Shown here: positions 63,986 through 64,000 of the stretch, in pieces
Layout of the letters: each line of letters begins with the position of its first letter
Position numbering within the stretch: position 1 is the stretch's first letter
Origin: Cyanidioschyzon merolae
Lineage: Eukaryota
Reading direction: 5' to 3' (one strand)
NCBI GenBank assembly: GCA_000091205.1
Contig: AP006498.2
DNA: 64,000 bases
Translations under genes and position numbers: made by a program
The notes under the pieces: generated by a model
Told to the model about the DNA's origin: nothing
Seen by the model: only the letters and a program-made list of their open reading frames with translations
Database searches by the model: none

Positions 63986-64000
63986 CGAGCGAGCATCGAC

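Noticed and set aside
1-64000. Prokaryotic or phage interpretation suggested by ORF-track alternative start codons
   Set aside because: The content is eukaryotic (cytosolic RPL10A, UBE2C, UEV, MED20-like, TTC1-like, ankyrin/ARM giant protein, LHC-motif protein with presequence). Many track starts are GTG or TTG, and I replaced them with the first ATG.

Overview
This window is eukaryotic nuclear DNA, not prokaryotic. It is intron-poor, about 55% GC, with genes on both strands. The ORF track treats GTG and TTG as Met, so I moved CDS starts to the first in-frame ATG where I could verify one.

Host genes I can support:
- UEV/MMS2, 3' end only (1..273, +)
- ribosomal protein L10a/uL1 (1025..1681, -)
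- UBE2C-like E2 (3608..4243, +)
- a stand-alone 3-dehydroquinate-synthase-like cyclase (9624..10937, +)
- a VOC/glyoxalase-fold protein (10900..11511, -)
- a possible Mediator MED20-like protein (18770..19411, +)
- a TTC1-like TPR protein (20599..21330, -)
- a 2406-aa single-exon armadillo/ankyrin/coiled-coil protein (22078..29298, +)
- Cys-type selenophosphate synthetase (29634..31448, -)
- myo-inositol-1-phosphate synthase (36267..37865, +)
- a one-helix LHC-motif protein (OHP/ELIP-like), which implies a plastid-bearing host (38527..39147, -)
- a pfkB-family kinase (39332..40846, +)
- LDH-type malate dehydrogenase (40848..42107, -)
- MsrB (54504..55139, -)
- four bestrophin-like paralogs (44638..46014 -, 48537..49913 +, 52373..53815 +, 60893..62275 -)

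Between these genes are many relics of a Fanzor/TnpB-like transposon family (RuvC-fold, OMEGA-type nuclease):
- one full-length but frameshifted copy (11627..13889, -)
- 5'-truncated copies at 46354..47030 (-) and 47040..48197 (+)
- internally deleted derivatives of about 0.5 kb at 32984..34065, 55568..56150 and 63500..63985

All of these share a conserved left end and a conserved non-coding segment of about 120-220 nt directly 3' of the nuclease ORF. That is the position expected for an omega (guide) RNA scaffold. No copy in the window has an intact catalytic triad.

There is also a second, more degenerate TnpB-like family (6.3-9.2 kb, 35.0-35.9 kb, 43.15-44.3 kb and its mirror) and several Tc1/mariner-like relics.

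Two identical bestrophin genes and two Fanzor 3' halves sit in a near-perfect palindrome of about 8.6 kb. Its arms are 42997..47030 and 47521..51560, with a 490-bp spacer, and they differ only by a 6-bp CAG-repeat indel.

A gene-poor, TE-rich island spans about 31.6-36.2 kb and includes a 72-bp x4 tandem repeat.

I found no rRNA, no CRISPR array and no confident tRNA.
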